Positions 49,149 to 62,452 are shown, counted from the stretch's first letter. The stretch: DNA of 64,000 nt from Octopus vulgaris (GCA_951406725.2 OX597835.1:50406001-50470000); one strand, 5' to 3'. Notes: generated by a model not told the origin, from the sequence alone. Translations and numbers: made by a program.

Positions 49149-49969
49149 GTAAGAATCATAGTCAATGTTCTTTTAACCAACCATTTTTTCTGGGTTTTTT
49201 TTTTTCTGTTTCAATAAATGTTATGCACCACTTATAACAGCATCCAATACTATGTAAAATATAATATTGGTTGTCATAATAACAACTTATATAAGAAAAA
49301 AGACTACTAAGTCTAAAAAAACCAAGGGTGGTACTAATGTTTCCAAATTGCAAACTTTAGCTTATATTCTTTGTGTCTATGTGCTGTGCTTTTATATATA
49401 TATATATAAATTGTTAAATGTTTAGCATGTAAATATCAGAGAAACCATTGAGGTCCTATCATTGTTTTTGTCAACATTATTTTTTTAGACATCCACTATT
49501 GCTTTCTTTCAAGAGTTGAACAGGTTTTGTTGAGCCAGATTTTCTCTGGCCAGATGCTCTTCTTATGGCTAACCTTCACCTGTTTTCAAGTAGAGTAATA
49601 TTTTCCTATAGTGAAGAATGTTTTGCATGGAAGACTAGAAATAAAGGACACTGCTTGTATGAAGGTCACACTTGTTTACAACCATCTTGTGATGTCAAGG
49701 CAAGGAGACAGTAACACACACATGTGCACAGTAACACATACACACACACACATGCACATGGTAACACACACTATAGGCTTCTTTCAGTTTCTACTCACAT
49801 AGGCTTTGGCCTGTAGCTATAGTAGAAGACACTTGCTGAAAATGCCATGCAGTGGGACTGAACCCAGAACCATGTGGTTGGGAAGCAAGCTTCTTACCAC
49901 ACAGTCATGCCTGCACCTATTTACCAAAATTACATATAAATATCTTGAAATACTAAAGAATAAATTTAT

Positions 49970-50600
49970 TCAATAAAATCACCATTGGCTTCAACCATGG
50001 CCTCCAGACGACTTCAAAATCTCCTGCAACTCTTCCTGATGGTCTCTTTCTTTAAGTCGGTGAATGCTGCCATAATCCTTGCCTTCGGTTCATCTTTGGT
50101 GTTACAAGGAGTTTTGTTGGTCTCTTGCTCAACTGCACCCCACACATAATAATCAAGGGAGTTGAAGTCTGGAGAGTTAGGTGGCCAGATGGTAGGGGTG
50201 ATGTGGATGCAGAAATTGTCTGACAGCAATGATTGGGTTCTCTTGCTTGTGTGGCATGGGGCAGAGTCCTGTTGCCAGACAGAGGGTCTTCCAGCAGCCA
50301 CCCTCCAGACACTTGATGTAGTCGTCCAGGTTGAGTCTGACGCCGTGTAGGAAGATGAAATGAATAGAGGCATAATGTTGCTATCACTAATGAATACTCC
50401 AAACACCATGAAGTTGACTGGACATTTGATTTTTATCACTCTTGGTACATGTCCTCAGATTGATGCCCAAACACTCAGAAATCTTCCTATTGGAGCCTCC
50501 GGTGTGAATGCCAATCAGTACAGCATATTGTTTCTAAATTTCTGACAGAGTGAATTGCATCATGGTGATGTTTTTCTCAACTGACCCTACTATATTGTGT
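49970..50600 (-). mobile_element. Internally deleted DD37D/maT-like Tc1-mariner transposase fragment
   Basis: WQQDSAPCHTS...WPPNSPDFNSLDYYVWG. Confidence 0.8.
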
Positions 50601-50801
50601 AGTTGACAAAATCAAGAAGAACTCCAGGTATTCTTATGGCAGGGTCCAAGGTTATGGTTCATCAAAATTCTATATTTAACTGACCAATAAACCAATTCAT
50701 TAAACCTATTAGTAACATACATGTAATGAATCCTGGAAACAGCTATAAACCAAATTTGCTCCAGTTAAGGAAAAATATGTAATGACCATTATTTTAACTT
50801 G

Positions 50802-50839
<38 letters not shown>

Positions 50840-51223
50840 CTCACCGTATTATATATCATCATCATGTATATATATATGTATATATCTCACCGTATATATA
50901 TCATCATCATGTAACATCCGCTTTCCATGCTAGCATGGGTTAGACGATTTGACTGAGGTTTGGCGAACCAGATGGCTGCACCAGGCTCCAATCTGATCTG
51001 GCAGAGTTTCTACAGTTGAATGCCCTTCCTAACACCAACCACTGTGAGAGTGTAGTGGGTGCTTTTACGTGCTACCAGCATGAGGGCCAGTCAGGAGGTA
51101 CTGGCAATATATATATATATATATATAAATTCAATAGGAAATCTATGGAGATAAACATAAACGTGGAAATATCTAACAAACAAAATCAAAAACTGGACCA
51201 GATTTTACTGGTTTCTTTTCCAG

Positions 51224-51388
51224 ATAATTTACCCAAGTGACATAACATTTGGCAGAGTGAATGATTACCAGGAGAAACTGACAGAAGTAAATGTCCAAAT
51301 TGATAAGATTTATTTACACTTATCTGCTTCAGTGATTAATTTAGTGCAAAGTGTATTGGAAAGTTACCCGTCCTGGAGAACCAAAACT
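51224..51388 (+). CDS. VPS13: VPS13 exon 21
   Basis: ttttccag|ATA...ACT|gtgagt; phase 0 to 0; IIYPSDITFGRVNDYQEKLTEVNVQIDKIYLHLSASVINLVQSVLESYPSWRTKT. Confidence 0.9.
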
Positions 51389-51536
51389 GTGAGTAGTTCC
51401 AGCCTTTATTTCTGCTGTTATCTTATTACTAATAATTCTTCCTTCTGATTAGATTTTAGTTATTGGAGTGGTTTCTGAGTAAAATAATAGTCATTATTGT
51501 TTATTATAATATTATTTCTTATTTTTCCTATTTTAG

Positions 51537-51642
51537 AAGAAAGAAAACTTCACCCCACCAGTAACTCATCAGCCGTTAACTAATCTCTGGGATGTACAGA
51601 AAGTTTCTTCAGAAAAATGGCTGGAATTCACTGCTATTAGAG
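51537..51642 (+). CDS. VPS13: VPS13 exon 22
   Basis: tattttag|AAG...AGAG|gtttgc; phase 0 to 1; KKENFTPPVTHQPLTNLWDVQKVSSEKWLEFTAIR. Confidence 0.85.
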
Positions 51643-51889
51643 GTTTGCAAAACATTATCTACGTGTGCAATTGTTTTGTTTTAGATATATAGACAGAGAC
51701 TGACAAATACATATCTCACCATCAAGATCGTCATTGTTGTCCTCATTTTAACATCTACTTTACCATGGGTCAGACAATATTTTGTTGCAGCAGAAGATTC
51801 TGTGGCCAGCCCTTGCCTGTTTTTATTATATATATATACCCAGGCCTATTCCCCATTTTTTAGGAAGGGGTAACCACAACAAGACACAC

Positions 51890-52495
51890 ACCAGGCATTC
51901 CATTAATTTCCCAGCTCAAAGAAGCAAGCTCCATTCTATGCTCAGGTCAAGGCATAGAACTCAACCCCCAATATCAGCCGCGGGGCCCAACAGCATATGC
52001 TGGTTTACCCCCGCCACATCATGCTGGTTCCATACCCTTTCGTGCAACACCAAATTCACTCATCCATCCACAAACACTCTCCAATCTTTCCTATCAGTTA
52101 TAAACTCTCTTGTCTCTCTCCCTCCTACTCCTCTAACCACCAAAGTTTTCCTCACACACCATCCATCCATCCACATAAACTGAGGTCTGCCTCTGCTTCT
52201 GCTGACTTCTTCCTTCATCACCCTCCTTACCATCCACTCCTCATCAATTCTCTTCATGTGGCCAAACCACCTCAACATTCATCTATCCATTTTGGTTGTT
52301 AGATTTTCTCTCATTCCTGCTCACCTTTGCACCTCCTCATTCCTCATCCTGTCCATCCATGCCACACCAACCATAGCCCTCAAACATCTCATCTCAAACA
52401 CATCTAGTCACCTCCTTTCCACTTCTCTCAGCCACCAAGTCTCTGCACCATTGTCGGCGCACACCTCTTTTTGCTTTCATACTCAAACCATTTAT
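51890..52495 (-). mobile_element. RTE-clade LINE 3' end
   Basis: LRWFGHMKRIDEEWMVRRV...RSRGRPQFMWMD. Confidence 0.8.
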
Positions 52496-52733
52496 CTCTC
52501 CTCATTATATATATTGGGGAGATGTGCTTACATAGCAAAAACAATCGCAGCATGGAAGGTGTTTATAAGCCATTGAAAAACACACGAAAACTGCAGCATG
52601 CAATTTTGTCAGTAAACAGGTTGCAGTCTCAAAGTGACGAAAATATTTTGTCAAGTTAAATTTAAATGTTGGAGTGAATCTAATGGTTTTTGTGTGTTTT
52701 TCAATGGCTTATAAACACCTTCTATACTGCAAT

Positions 52734-52775
<42 letters not shown>

Positions 52776-52776
52776 A

Positions 52777-52831
<55 letters not shown>

Positions 52832-52842
52832 ATATAGCACTA

Positions 52843-53040
52843 TCCGAATCGTGGCCGATGCCAGCACCACCTCGACTGACTTCCGTGTCGGTGGCACATA
52901 AAATGCACCATCTGAATCATGGCCGAAGCCAGTGTCGCCTCAACTGGCTTCCGTGCTGGTGGCACGTAAAATGCACCAATTCGACCATGGCCGATGCCAG
53001 CCTCGCCTGGCACCAGTGCAGGTGGCACGTAAAAAGCACC
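52843..53040 (+). repeat. About three degenerate tandem units of roughly 65 bp inside a SINE
   Basis: GGCCGATGCCAG...GGTGGCACGTAAAATGCACCA repeated. Confidence 0.75.
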
Positions 53041-54149
53041 CACTACACTCACGGAGTGGTTGGCGTTAGGAAGGGCATCCAGCTGTAGAAACATTGCCAG
53101 ATAAGACCGGAGCCTGGTGCAGCCTTCTGGCTTCCCAGATCCCCGGTCGAACCGTACAACCCATGCAGGCTTCCCTTCGCAGGTTGATCCAAGGTGACAG
53201 TAAAAGTTCTTACAGTATTACAATTTTCCTGTTCCAAGGTGGTAGGCCCCTCATATGGGATGTCACACGCTGCGATACCTTCTCCAGCAGCAACCAGGTG
53301 CGTTCAACCACCAGCTAGGCTCCACTGCTTGTCAGGTTTATGGTCAAGCCTATGGCAGTGGAGACCTATGACATTCTTGGCTCCCAGAACATAACCCTGC
53401 TCCCCGTCATTGGGGTGGAGATGGCTATCTGCTAGTGTGAGCCCCATGAGTCAAGGTGGCAGTTCCAATGCATCACCTTCACCATCCTCCAGCCTTTTCC
53501 ATTTTGATTGCTGAAACCGTGAAGTTGTCTGAATTACAGAAGAATACAGAAGTATTTTAGGTATTAAAACATTAATTGAACATTCTGTCATCATAATTTT
53601 AGAAGCCATGCAACCAAGCTCAGCAGATAGATATAATCCATCCACACATACCCATACATGCACGCATGACCGCACACATGCACACACACACATTCTCTAT
53701 ATTTGTGACTCACACACCCAAGCACCACATTCAATCAATTCTCTTACAAGATAATGAGTTTTTTCATTCTTGTATTTCATAACAGGTATAAGCATGGTTG
53801 TATGATTTACAAGCTTCATCCTCTGCTTTGTGATCTCAGGTTCAGTTTCACTGCATGACCACCCTGAAAAAACTGTAGCCTTGGGCCAACCAAAGCCTTA
53901 TGAATGGATTTGTGAGATGGAAACTGAAAGAAGCTTGTCATATGTGTGTGTGCCTTTGTTTTGACATCATGTAATGGTTGTAAATGATCATCCTTGTCAT
54001 ACAAGTAGTGTCTTTGATTTCCAGTCTTCTGTGAAAAATCTGTAGGGAAAGATTACCTTGCTTGCTGACAAGTGAATGTAGAGTATAGAATGCATTTATT
54101 TCATATTTTCAGGGGAAAATAATCAATATTTAATTAAACGCTTACTGAA

Positions 54150-54206
<57 letters not shown>

Positions 54207-54275
54207 GGAGTAAACACACAAATGTGAAACAAGGTGGAAAAAAGAGTACTCAAATACCAGTGGTAGAGTAATATG

Positions 54276-54395
54276 CTTTATTTAAAGCAGCAGAAAATTC
54301 AACAAAACCTGTTACTCTGAGTTTCCCGTTGCCGTTCATCAGACAGGAAACTCAGAGTAACAGGTTTTGTTGAATTTTCTGCTGCTTTAAATAAA

Positions 54396-54396
<1 letters not shown>
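54276..54396. repeat. Perfect 51-bp inverted repeat with 19-nt loop
   Basis: 54276-54326 is the exact reverse complement of 54346-54396. Confidence 0.93.
54308..54347 (-). ncRNA. Minimal type I hammerhead ribozyme motif with canonical core
   Basis: Minus strand: CCTGT-CTGATGA-ACG-GCAA-CGG-GAA-ACTC-A-GAGT-A-ACAGG; predicted cut after GUA (A at 54313). Confidence 0.72.
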
Positions 54397-54414
<18 letters not shown>

Positions 54415-54430
<16 letters not shown>

Positions 54431-55172
54431 TCAACTTTTGTGTCTGTGTGTTTAACTTCCCGGTACATCTCCTCCTAGCCAACAAATCGTAGAACCACCA
54501 AAAACGGGTCACTTAAAGTTTAGGCGAATGAAAATTGAACTGCGCTATTTCTGTTCCGAAATTCATCTCGCAAGTGCAAAAATCGATAATGTGTTTGTTT
54601 AGGCCTTATCCCATGCATTGAATAGTGAACTTTACTCAGTCAGCTGTTTGACGTGAACTGTGTTCACCACGAATGCAAGCATGCATAAATTGCATGAAAA
54701 ATAAAAAATCAAGATATAAAAACGAATCGCCGTAAACATTGTAGAAATTCGGCAAAGAAATTAATTTTCAGGATCTAGCCTGGAGGGTTTTTTCGTATTT
54801 TTAACGCTTTGAATTAAATGTGACCGTTTTGCATTGAGTCTGCAGTTTGAATCACTTTAACCAAATTTTAGCAGGCCAGATTTTTGATCATCATGATACA
54901 TCGCCAGTGACTCCCTGAAACTCTCCCCTGCAATCCCCGTTGAGAAATACTGATTTAAAAGACTAATTCAACAATGCATTTATTTGATCAACAAAAATTT
55001 ATGAAACACTTCTACGTACTTCCTATTGAGGAAATGGAACACATTAGTGCAAAAATAGAGGGCATTAAATGCTTGATTTTAAAACCAAAATAACTGAATT
55101 TTGATTGAACTTCATCCAAGTTTAGCTTCATTCGTATGTGCATAGAACGCATGAGCCGGGCAATACTGCTAG
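54415..55172 (+). mobile_element. Helitron-like family 2, copy 2
   Basis: Ends match the reverse complement of 31119-31757; 3' CTAG|T at 55169-55173; 5' end merges into (TA)n. Confidence 0.75.
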
Positions 55173-55402
55173 TATTTATATATATATATATATATCATCA
55201 TCATCATCGTTTAACATCTGCTTTCCATGCTAGCATGGGTTGGATGGTTTGAACGGGGTCTGGGAAGCCAGGAGGCTGCACCAGGCCCCAGTCTGATCTG
55301 GCAGTGTTTCTACAGCTGGATGCCCTTCCGAACGCCAACCACTCCGTGAGTGTAGTGGGTGCTGTTTACATGCCACCGGCACAGGTATCACAACTGCAAT
55401 TT

Positions 55403-55458
<56 letters not shown>

Positions 55459-55739
55459 GCATGCATGCATGTCAGTCAGTCAGTCAGTCAATTTAAGGCA
55501 TATACTGAAAGAGGTACTAATAGTTTCCTGTTTTTATATGACACTTCAGATAGGCATATCTATAAAATGTGCCATGTGTCTCCAAGCAATCTGAAAGCAC
55601 AAAACTATTTCTAACTCTTTCGCTATGTGTATTAAATTGATATTTATCTCTCACTGGATGGAATATTTTTTTCTGTTGATTCTGCCTATATTGGATCTAT
55701 ACACTATATACATATATTTTTTTCATTCTGTATTTTTAG

Positions 55740-55912
55740 GGGATACAGGCAGCAGTGAAAAGAAAATTGTTTCAAATGGTTTTACGGAAAAATTCAATAT
55801 TGCCATTAATGAACTTGATCTTGTATTTGAAGTTGAAAACCAGGATAATGAAATCCCTATTTTGTACCTGAAATCTTCATTAGATGCTAAGATGAAAAAC
55901 CTTTCAAGCCAG
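55740..55912 (+). CDS. VPS13: VPS13 exon 23
   Basis: atttttag|GG...CAG|gtacag; phase 1 to 0; DTGSSEKKIVSNGFTEKFNIAINELDLVFEVENQDNEIPILYLKSSLDAKMKNLSSQ. Confidence 0.9.
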
Positions 55913-56176
55913 GTACAGATTTTAAAGTAATTCTATACATGCAAAATGAAATAATATTTCAAAAGTGCAGAATCTGTTATTATTGCTATTTAATACTATT
56001 GTTATTATTAAGGTGATGAGCTGGCAGAGTCAGCTCGGCACCTTAATTGATCACTAGGATCATTGTAATTGACTTCTCCCCTTCCCCTCAAAAACTGGTG
56101 GCCTTGTGCCAAATTTGAAAACATTATTTTGTTATTATTGTTATTACTATTAATATTATTATTATTATTATTATAT

Positions 56177-59100
56177 GAAAAACTCTCAGCTTATTTTGCT
56201 GGGTATGATGGAAAGTGTCAGCTGTGCACAGCCAGCAGACTAAGGTGACACTTGTTTACTGGTCATGTTTCAAGAACCCTGCGAAGAATTCGCTGATTTT
56301 TATAGGTGTTCTATCTTCACACTTGCAGCACCAATCTTTTTTAGCCATGTTTGTAGCCAAGTGCTGATACTTCCAAGTGCACCAATTACTATTTGGTATC
56401 ATGTCTACTCTCTTTATTGACCACAACCTTTGTATTTCCCACTTCAAATCGTCATAGTTGTTTACTTTTCCTTCTTTCACATTGACCCTTTTGTCACCGG
56501 GCCATGCTATGCCGATAATCATACATGTTCTTTCTTTTTTATTCACAACAATGTCAGGTTTCTGATGTCTGGTTGGGTGATCGCACTGGATCATTACGTC
56601 CCACAAGATTTTGCAATTCTTTAATCCAGTATTTGCCATGAATGGGCTTTTCTTGCCATTGTTTTATCATGATCCATTGCTGTTCCAGTTTTTGTTTGGA
56701 TTTTAGTTTGTTTTACAGCTTTTGTTGTTTCTTCTTTTTCTTCATAGTTGTTAGGTTCTTTGACTTTTTTTTTGTATTTGTCAGCTTCCTTAAATACTGA
56801 AAACAGTTTTTTGTTTTGTTCATATTTTGTGGCTATTTGTATTAGTTTTCCTTGCATTTGAAGTAGGTATTTTTGTAGTCCTATGGTGGTTATTTTGCAA
56901 TAGTTTTCTAGCTGTATAAGGCCTCTACCACCTTCTATATGTTGTATATGTAACCTTTCTAAGTCAGATTTTGGGTGGTGCATCCTAGATCCTGTCATTA
57001 TTTTTCTTGTTTTCTTGTCTATTTTAATTAGTTCATTTAGTGTTCAGTTAAGAATATTGTAGTTGTAATGTATATCTGGGATGGCTAGTGTTGAAACCTA
57101 TTATCTTGTTTTTCGCATTGAGATCTGTTTTTAGTATTAATCTAACTCGTCTATAGTATTCTTTTCTTATCTTCTTTTTCATTTGTGTGTGATGTATTGT
57201 ATCTAGTTCATTGATTCCTAAGTATTTGTATGTGTGGCTTTGGTCTAATTCTCTTATTTCATTTGCTTTGTATAGTGTGATGTTGCTACTCTTAACTAGT
57301 TTCCCTCTTTTCAAGTTTGCTTTGACACATTTTTCTAAGCCAAATTACATGTTTATTCCCTTGGTAAATCCATCTACTCTCTGTAGTTTATTATTATTAT
57401 TCAGTAGTTTTATTTTTATAATGTGCTTTCACTTCACCACTGAGTGCAGCTCTTGTGTGCCTTGGGTATGTGCTATGATTTGTGATGCTCTGATGGTTAT
57501 TGTATGGAAAGTGTTCTGCTTAGGATGTGTGCAGTGCCTAGTAGTGCAATTTTCTGTATGCTATATGTGTTTGTAAGTCCTGGTGTTTTTGTTATGTATT
57601 TGTCTGAATATTTTTTATCATACCTCATGTACCTACTATGATGGTAATTGTTTCTGTTTTTAGATTCCACATTTGAGTTACCTCTATTTCCAGATCTTTG
57701 TATCTTGAAAGTTTCTCTGTTTCTTTTAGAGAAACATTGTCATCTGTTAGTATTGATACATCAATTAGAAAGTATTTTTTTCTTCATGATCTCTGACAAC
57801 TATATCTGGCCTATTGGCCTTAATTTCTCTATCTGTGTGTATTGGCATATCCCAGAGTATGGTTGCTTTCTCGTTTTCTGTGACCTTTTCTGGTGTGTGC
57901 CTATACCATCTTTTTTCTGTTGTTATTCCATAATGTTAGCATAGCTTCCAGTGTATGTAGGTTCCAATTCTGTCATGTCTGTGAATGTATTCCTTCTTAG
58001 CCAGGACTGGGCAGCCAGAGATAATATGATTTATTGTTTCTTGTCCATCTCCACATATTCTGCAGTTATTTGTTATGTTTCTTTTCATTATATGTTTTTG
58101 GTAATTTCTGGTGGGGAGGGTTTGGTCTTGTGCTGCAATTAAAAATCCCTCTGTCTCTGCTTTGAGTCTTGAGCTTCTCGACCATTGCTGGGATTTTTCT
58201 CTGTCAATTTTTTGCATTTAGTTTAGCCCAGTATTTGCCATGAAGAGGCTTTTCTTGCCATCGTTTTATCATGGTCTGTTGCTGTTCAAATTTCAGTTTG
58301 GATTTCATTTGTTTTATACCTTTTGTTGTATTTCTTCTTCATATTTGTTAGGTAGTATGACTTCTTTTTTGTCAGCTTCCTTAAATACTGAAAACAGTTT
58401 TTTTGTTTTGTTCGTGTGTTTTGGCTATTTGTATTAATTTTCCTTGCATTTGAAGTAGGTATTTTTGTAGTCCTAGTGTTGTTATTTTATAATAGTTTTC
58501 AAGCTGTTTAAGGCCCATACCACCTTCTATACGTTGTATATATAGCCTTTCTATGTCAGATTTTGCGTGGTGCATCCTAGATCCTGTCGTTATTTTTCTT
58601 GTATTCCTGTCTATGTTGGTTAGTTCATTTAGTGTCCAGTTAAGGATATTGTAGCTGTAACTTATGACTGGGACGGCTAAAGTGTTAATACCTATTATCT
58701 TGTTTTTAGCATTGAGCTCTGTTTTCAGTCTTGATCTAACTCATATATAGTATTCTTTCTTTATTTTCTCTTTCATTTGTGTGTGTTGTATCATATCTAG
58801 TTCATGGATTCTTAAATATTTGGATATCTGGCTTTGGTCTAATTTTTATTATCATTATTATTATTATTATTGTTGTTGTTGTTGTTGCTAACTCTGGTTT
58901 TGTTGGAATTTATGGAGTCTTGCATGCATAGCAGGCTTTCTACCTTCAGCCTACGTTACCATGCTATCTGTTCTTTCCAGCTCTCTAATACTTTCCCAAT
59001 TACTCCGATACTGTTCCCAAGGACCCAACTATAATTGACACTATCTTCACCTACTTCCATAACTGGGCTATTTCATACTTATGTGGATTATATATGTCTA

Positions 59101-59960
59101 TTTTTACACCTTCCTTCTTGACTATTCATAGGTCAAAAGGGCAAAGCAACATCAACTATATAGCACGTGTGGTACATCTTGTCCACTACCCCTAGGTTCT
59201 GGTCTGTTATGCTCTCGCACCTGACCTGTTTGGATTGAGAAGTGACTCTGTCACTATCTGTAGCTTGTGCTCAAACCACGTCTTGCCTCTCACTAGCCCC
59301 CACTCTTTGCACTGTTTCCATTCTAGCACTTTCACTACCTCATCATATCACCACAACTTGTAATAGTTTTGGACAAGTCTAGAGCATTCGTTCGTGATAT
59401 GGGCAATGATTTTGTCCACTCTGTTACAGACACAGCACAGTGGAGATACTTGCTCATTCCTAAGGCTGGCTCTCCAGTTTGTGACCAAAGCTTAGCCTTG
59501 CGCATTCTCCAGTATTCCTTTCTTCAGTCAATCCCACCTTTGTTTTCCAGCAACTTCAGTTGTGGCTACATGGAATTGATTGTGCAGTCCCTTGTTGCAT
59601 AACGCTTCTTCATGTCCTTTTTGTACTCTTTGCTTTGTTTTTCCCATTCTCTGCTTTCAATACTCTCTCATTCCTAACTAATGCTAACAAGGTTTCCTTA
59701 CTTTGGGATGGGTTTCTCAGTAAAATCCCAAGCTTAATACGTATGCAGTCTTCCACATTTATCAGTTCCCCCCCTCCTCCATTTGCTCTCTCCATGTAGA
59801 GGTGATCAATGTCTGCACATGGATAATGCATTATTAGAAGCTTTCTTTACTTGTTCAACTTCTTTAGCTCCACTTCAGAATTCCAGTCTCATACCAAACT
59901 ACTGGGACTGAGTTTATTGCCAAAATTATGCTTCTGGTATTCAGCTTTGAAACCAATATT
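56177..59960 (-). mobile_element. Head-to-tail cluster of at least four R4/Dong-like fragments separated by TTA tracts
   Basis: QKPDIVVNKKERTC (REL), YKYLGINE, HHPKSDLERL..EGGRGL, AAQDQTLPT, CRICGDGQETINHIISGC (CCHC), YIHRHD; fragments about 56177-56627, 56628-57380, 57400-58845, 58888-59960. Confidence 0.85.
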
Positions 59961-60379
59961 TCTCACTCATCGCAGATGTTCTTTCTCTAAGGGCAGTGGG
60001 TTGTCAGAATTAATAAAACATCAGCTCAAATGCCTTGTGCTACTTTATTGCTGTACATTACATTCTGATTTCAAATCTTATTGAGGTTAATCAGGTAGAA
60101 GTCAAGTTCTGGTATTTATGTAACAGATTGTTTACCCCTGAGAAAAATTTGAGCCTCAGACAACATGCAATGCAGTATTTATTTTGACATTTACATTTTG
60201 AGTTCAAATCCCACCAAATCAACTTTACCTTGTTTTCTTATGGTGTGGTGGGAAGTTAGAATTAATAATGGCAAAGAATTGATAAGGCAGGCTTTTAACA
60301 CTTAAAATTGAATCTGTTGAAATGGTTGTTGTGATAAATAAAGTTTCCAGTATATTATATCTTCTACATCCATTAATTC

Positions 60380-60429
<50 letters not shown>

Positions 60430-61133
60430 TCGTTGTTTAACATCCACTTTCCATGCTGGATTAGATGGTTTGACTGAGGACTGGCAAGCTGGGAGGCTGC
60501 ACCAGGCTCCAATCTGATTTGGCAAAGTTTCTACAGCTGGATGCTCTTCCTAACGCCAACCACACCAAGAGTGTAGTGAGTGCTTTTTACGTGCCTCCAG
60601 CATGGGTGCCAGTCAGTATGTATATGTGTATATATATATGTGTATATATATATATATATGTATACGTACGTACATACATACACACAACACACACACATAC
60701 ATACATATATATATTTCACTTAGGCATTGCGATACTAATAATCTGGTGTGGAACACAATAGACATATGCTTCAGTGATGCTCAGGCATGCAACTAAGAGC
60801 ACATTGCATCTTATAGCAGAAACAGCAGTAAGCTAATGAAGTTAATAAGATAACTTCATTCCTTTGTCATCTCAATATTATGTGTGTGTGTGTGTGTGTG
60901 TGTGCATGTGCATTTGTATGTGTGTGTGTGTGTGTGTGTGTGTGCATGTGCATTTGTGTGTGTGTATGCATATGTATATGAGTATAAGTATAAGTATATA
61001 TATATATATATCTGTAAATATAATATAATATCTTGGCTACCACATAATTGTCACATATTATATATACAGATAAATTCCTCTATTTACATAATATTGAGCT
61101 CTCTTTCTTTCTTTTGTTATCTTACCATTTTTA

Positions 61134-61177
<44 letters not shown>

Positions 61178-61280
61178 CATACATATATATATTTCTGTCC
61201 AACCCATGCTAGCATGGAAAATGGACGTTAAACGTTGATGATGATGATATATATATATATATATACATACATATATATAT

Positions 61281-61343
<63 letters not shown>

Positions 61344-61394
61344 AGATAGGTAAGCCAGTGAATTATTAACTTCCCCATTTCTTCTCCTTTCCAG

Positions 61395-61523
61395 TTACAA
61401 TTACAGTCTGAAATCAACCTCGAGCTTGCTTACTTCAATGAAAAGCTAAGTGTTTGGGAGCCGTTGGTTGAACCAGTAATGGAGAAAGAAAATATGTACC
61501 GACCATGGGAATTACAAATCAAG
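61395..61523 (+). CDS. VPS13: VPS13 exon 24 (WEPL motif)
   Basis: ctttccag|TTA...AAG|gttagg; phase 0 to 0; [43 protein letters not shown], a hallmark VPS13 motif. Confidence 0.95.
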
Positions 61524-61703
61524 GTTAGGGGTCTTAAACCATTTCATTATAAATATTAATCCAGTCATATTTCTGTTTACAATTGTTTTGTTTTTTTATT
61601 TATTTGTTGTACATATCTTTAACTTTGCAAAACCCTGACACATTTTAAAGTTATAAAAAAAGTAAGTTACGCATAAATGTGCATCTTTATTCTCCTATTT
61701 CAG

Positions 61704-61917
61704 ATGGTGCAAGCTGCCAGCCAACCAATCACCACCAGCTATGAAGAGACTAGGATGGATATTGCTGATGGCTTTGATGAAGATCTGCATAATAACCTAC
61801 AAAAAAGCCGTGTCAAGTCCAGTAGTTCAGAATCAGAGACTGATTCCAATACAGAAATGACAGTTATCAGACGGAAACCATCAAAGAAAAAGAGGCTTAC
61901 TAGTGAAAGAAGTTTTG
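61704..61917 (+). CDS. VPS13: VPS13 exon 25 (acidic/Ser-rich then basic linker)
   Basis: tatttcag|ATG...TTTG|gtaagt; phase 0 to 1; MVQAASQPITTSYEETRMDIADGFDEDL...SSSSESETDS...RRKPSKKKRLTSERSF. Confidence 0.87.
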
Positions 61918-62452
61918 GTAAGTGTGTCATTGAATATATATGTGTGTGTCATTCAATAGAACAATGTGTATGTGTTGCTGAATAGGACAGTGTGTATAAG
62001 TATCATTGAATTGTACAGTGTGTGTGTGTATGTACAAAAGCAATTCCGCCAATGACATTTTGTTGTTTCAGCCTCAACTGAAGATTTGAAATCCAGGAAC
62101 GGTCGATGAGGATCATAAAGTGCCTTGATGATATGAAAACCAATTTTTATCCAAATATCCAAACCATTCTTACCAATGCTTAATTTTAGAGATCTGATTG
62201 CACCCAATTTTTTGAAATACAATACAAAAGTGTTTGGAAATTCTTTCATTACTTTATTGTCATATAGGTGCATTCAAATGCAAGACATTTTCTCCAGGCT
62301 CTACCATTCAACTGAAATAGCAGCTCAATTATGGGAATTGAAATGAATTCACAAACTCAATTCACTGATGGCTTCTGATAATTTTCTCTCTGAAAGTAAC
62401 GTAGCTAACCTTTATGATGCAAACTGATCCAATCAAAGCCAACATTAGTATA

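Larger units (their letters stand above)
3019..61917 (+). other. VPS13: Gene span (partial, 25 coding exons): VPS13A/C-family intermembrane lipid transfer protein, central region
   Basis: 25 AG/GT-bounded exons join in phase into about 1141 stop-free codons. VPS13-like motifs recognised from family knowledge: [91 protein letters not shown]. The A versus C assignment cannot be resolved without a tree. Confidence 0.92.

Noticed and set aside
52843-53040. Repeat-spacer-like periodicity suggestive of CRISPR
   Set aside because: These are degenerate tandem units within a SINE in a eukaryotic intron, with no unique spacers or cas genes.
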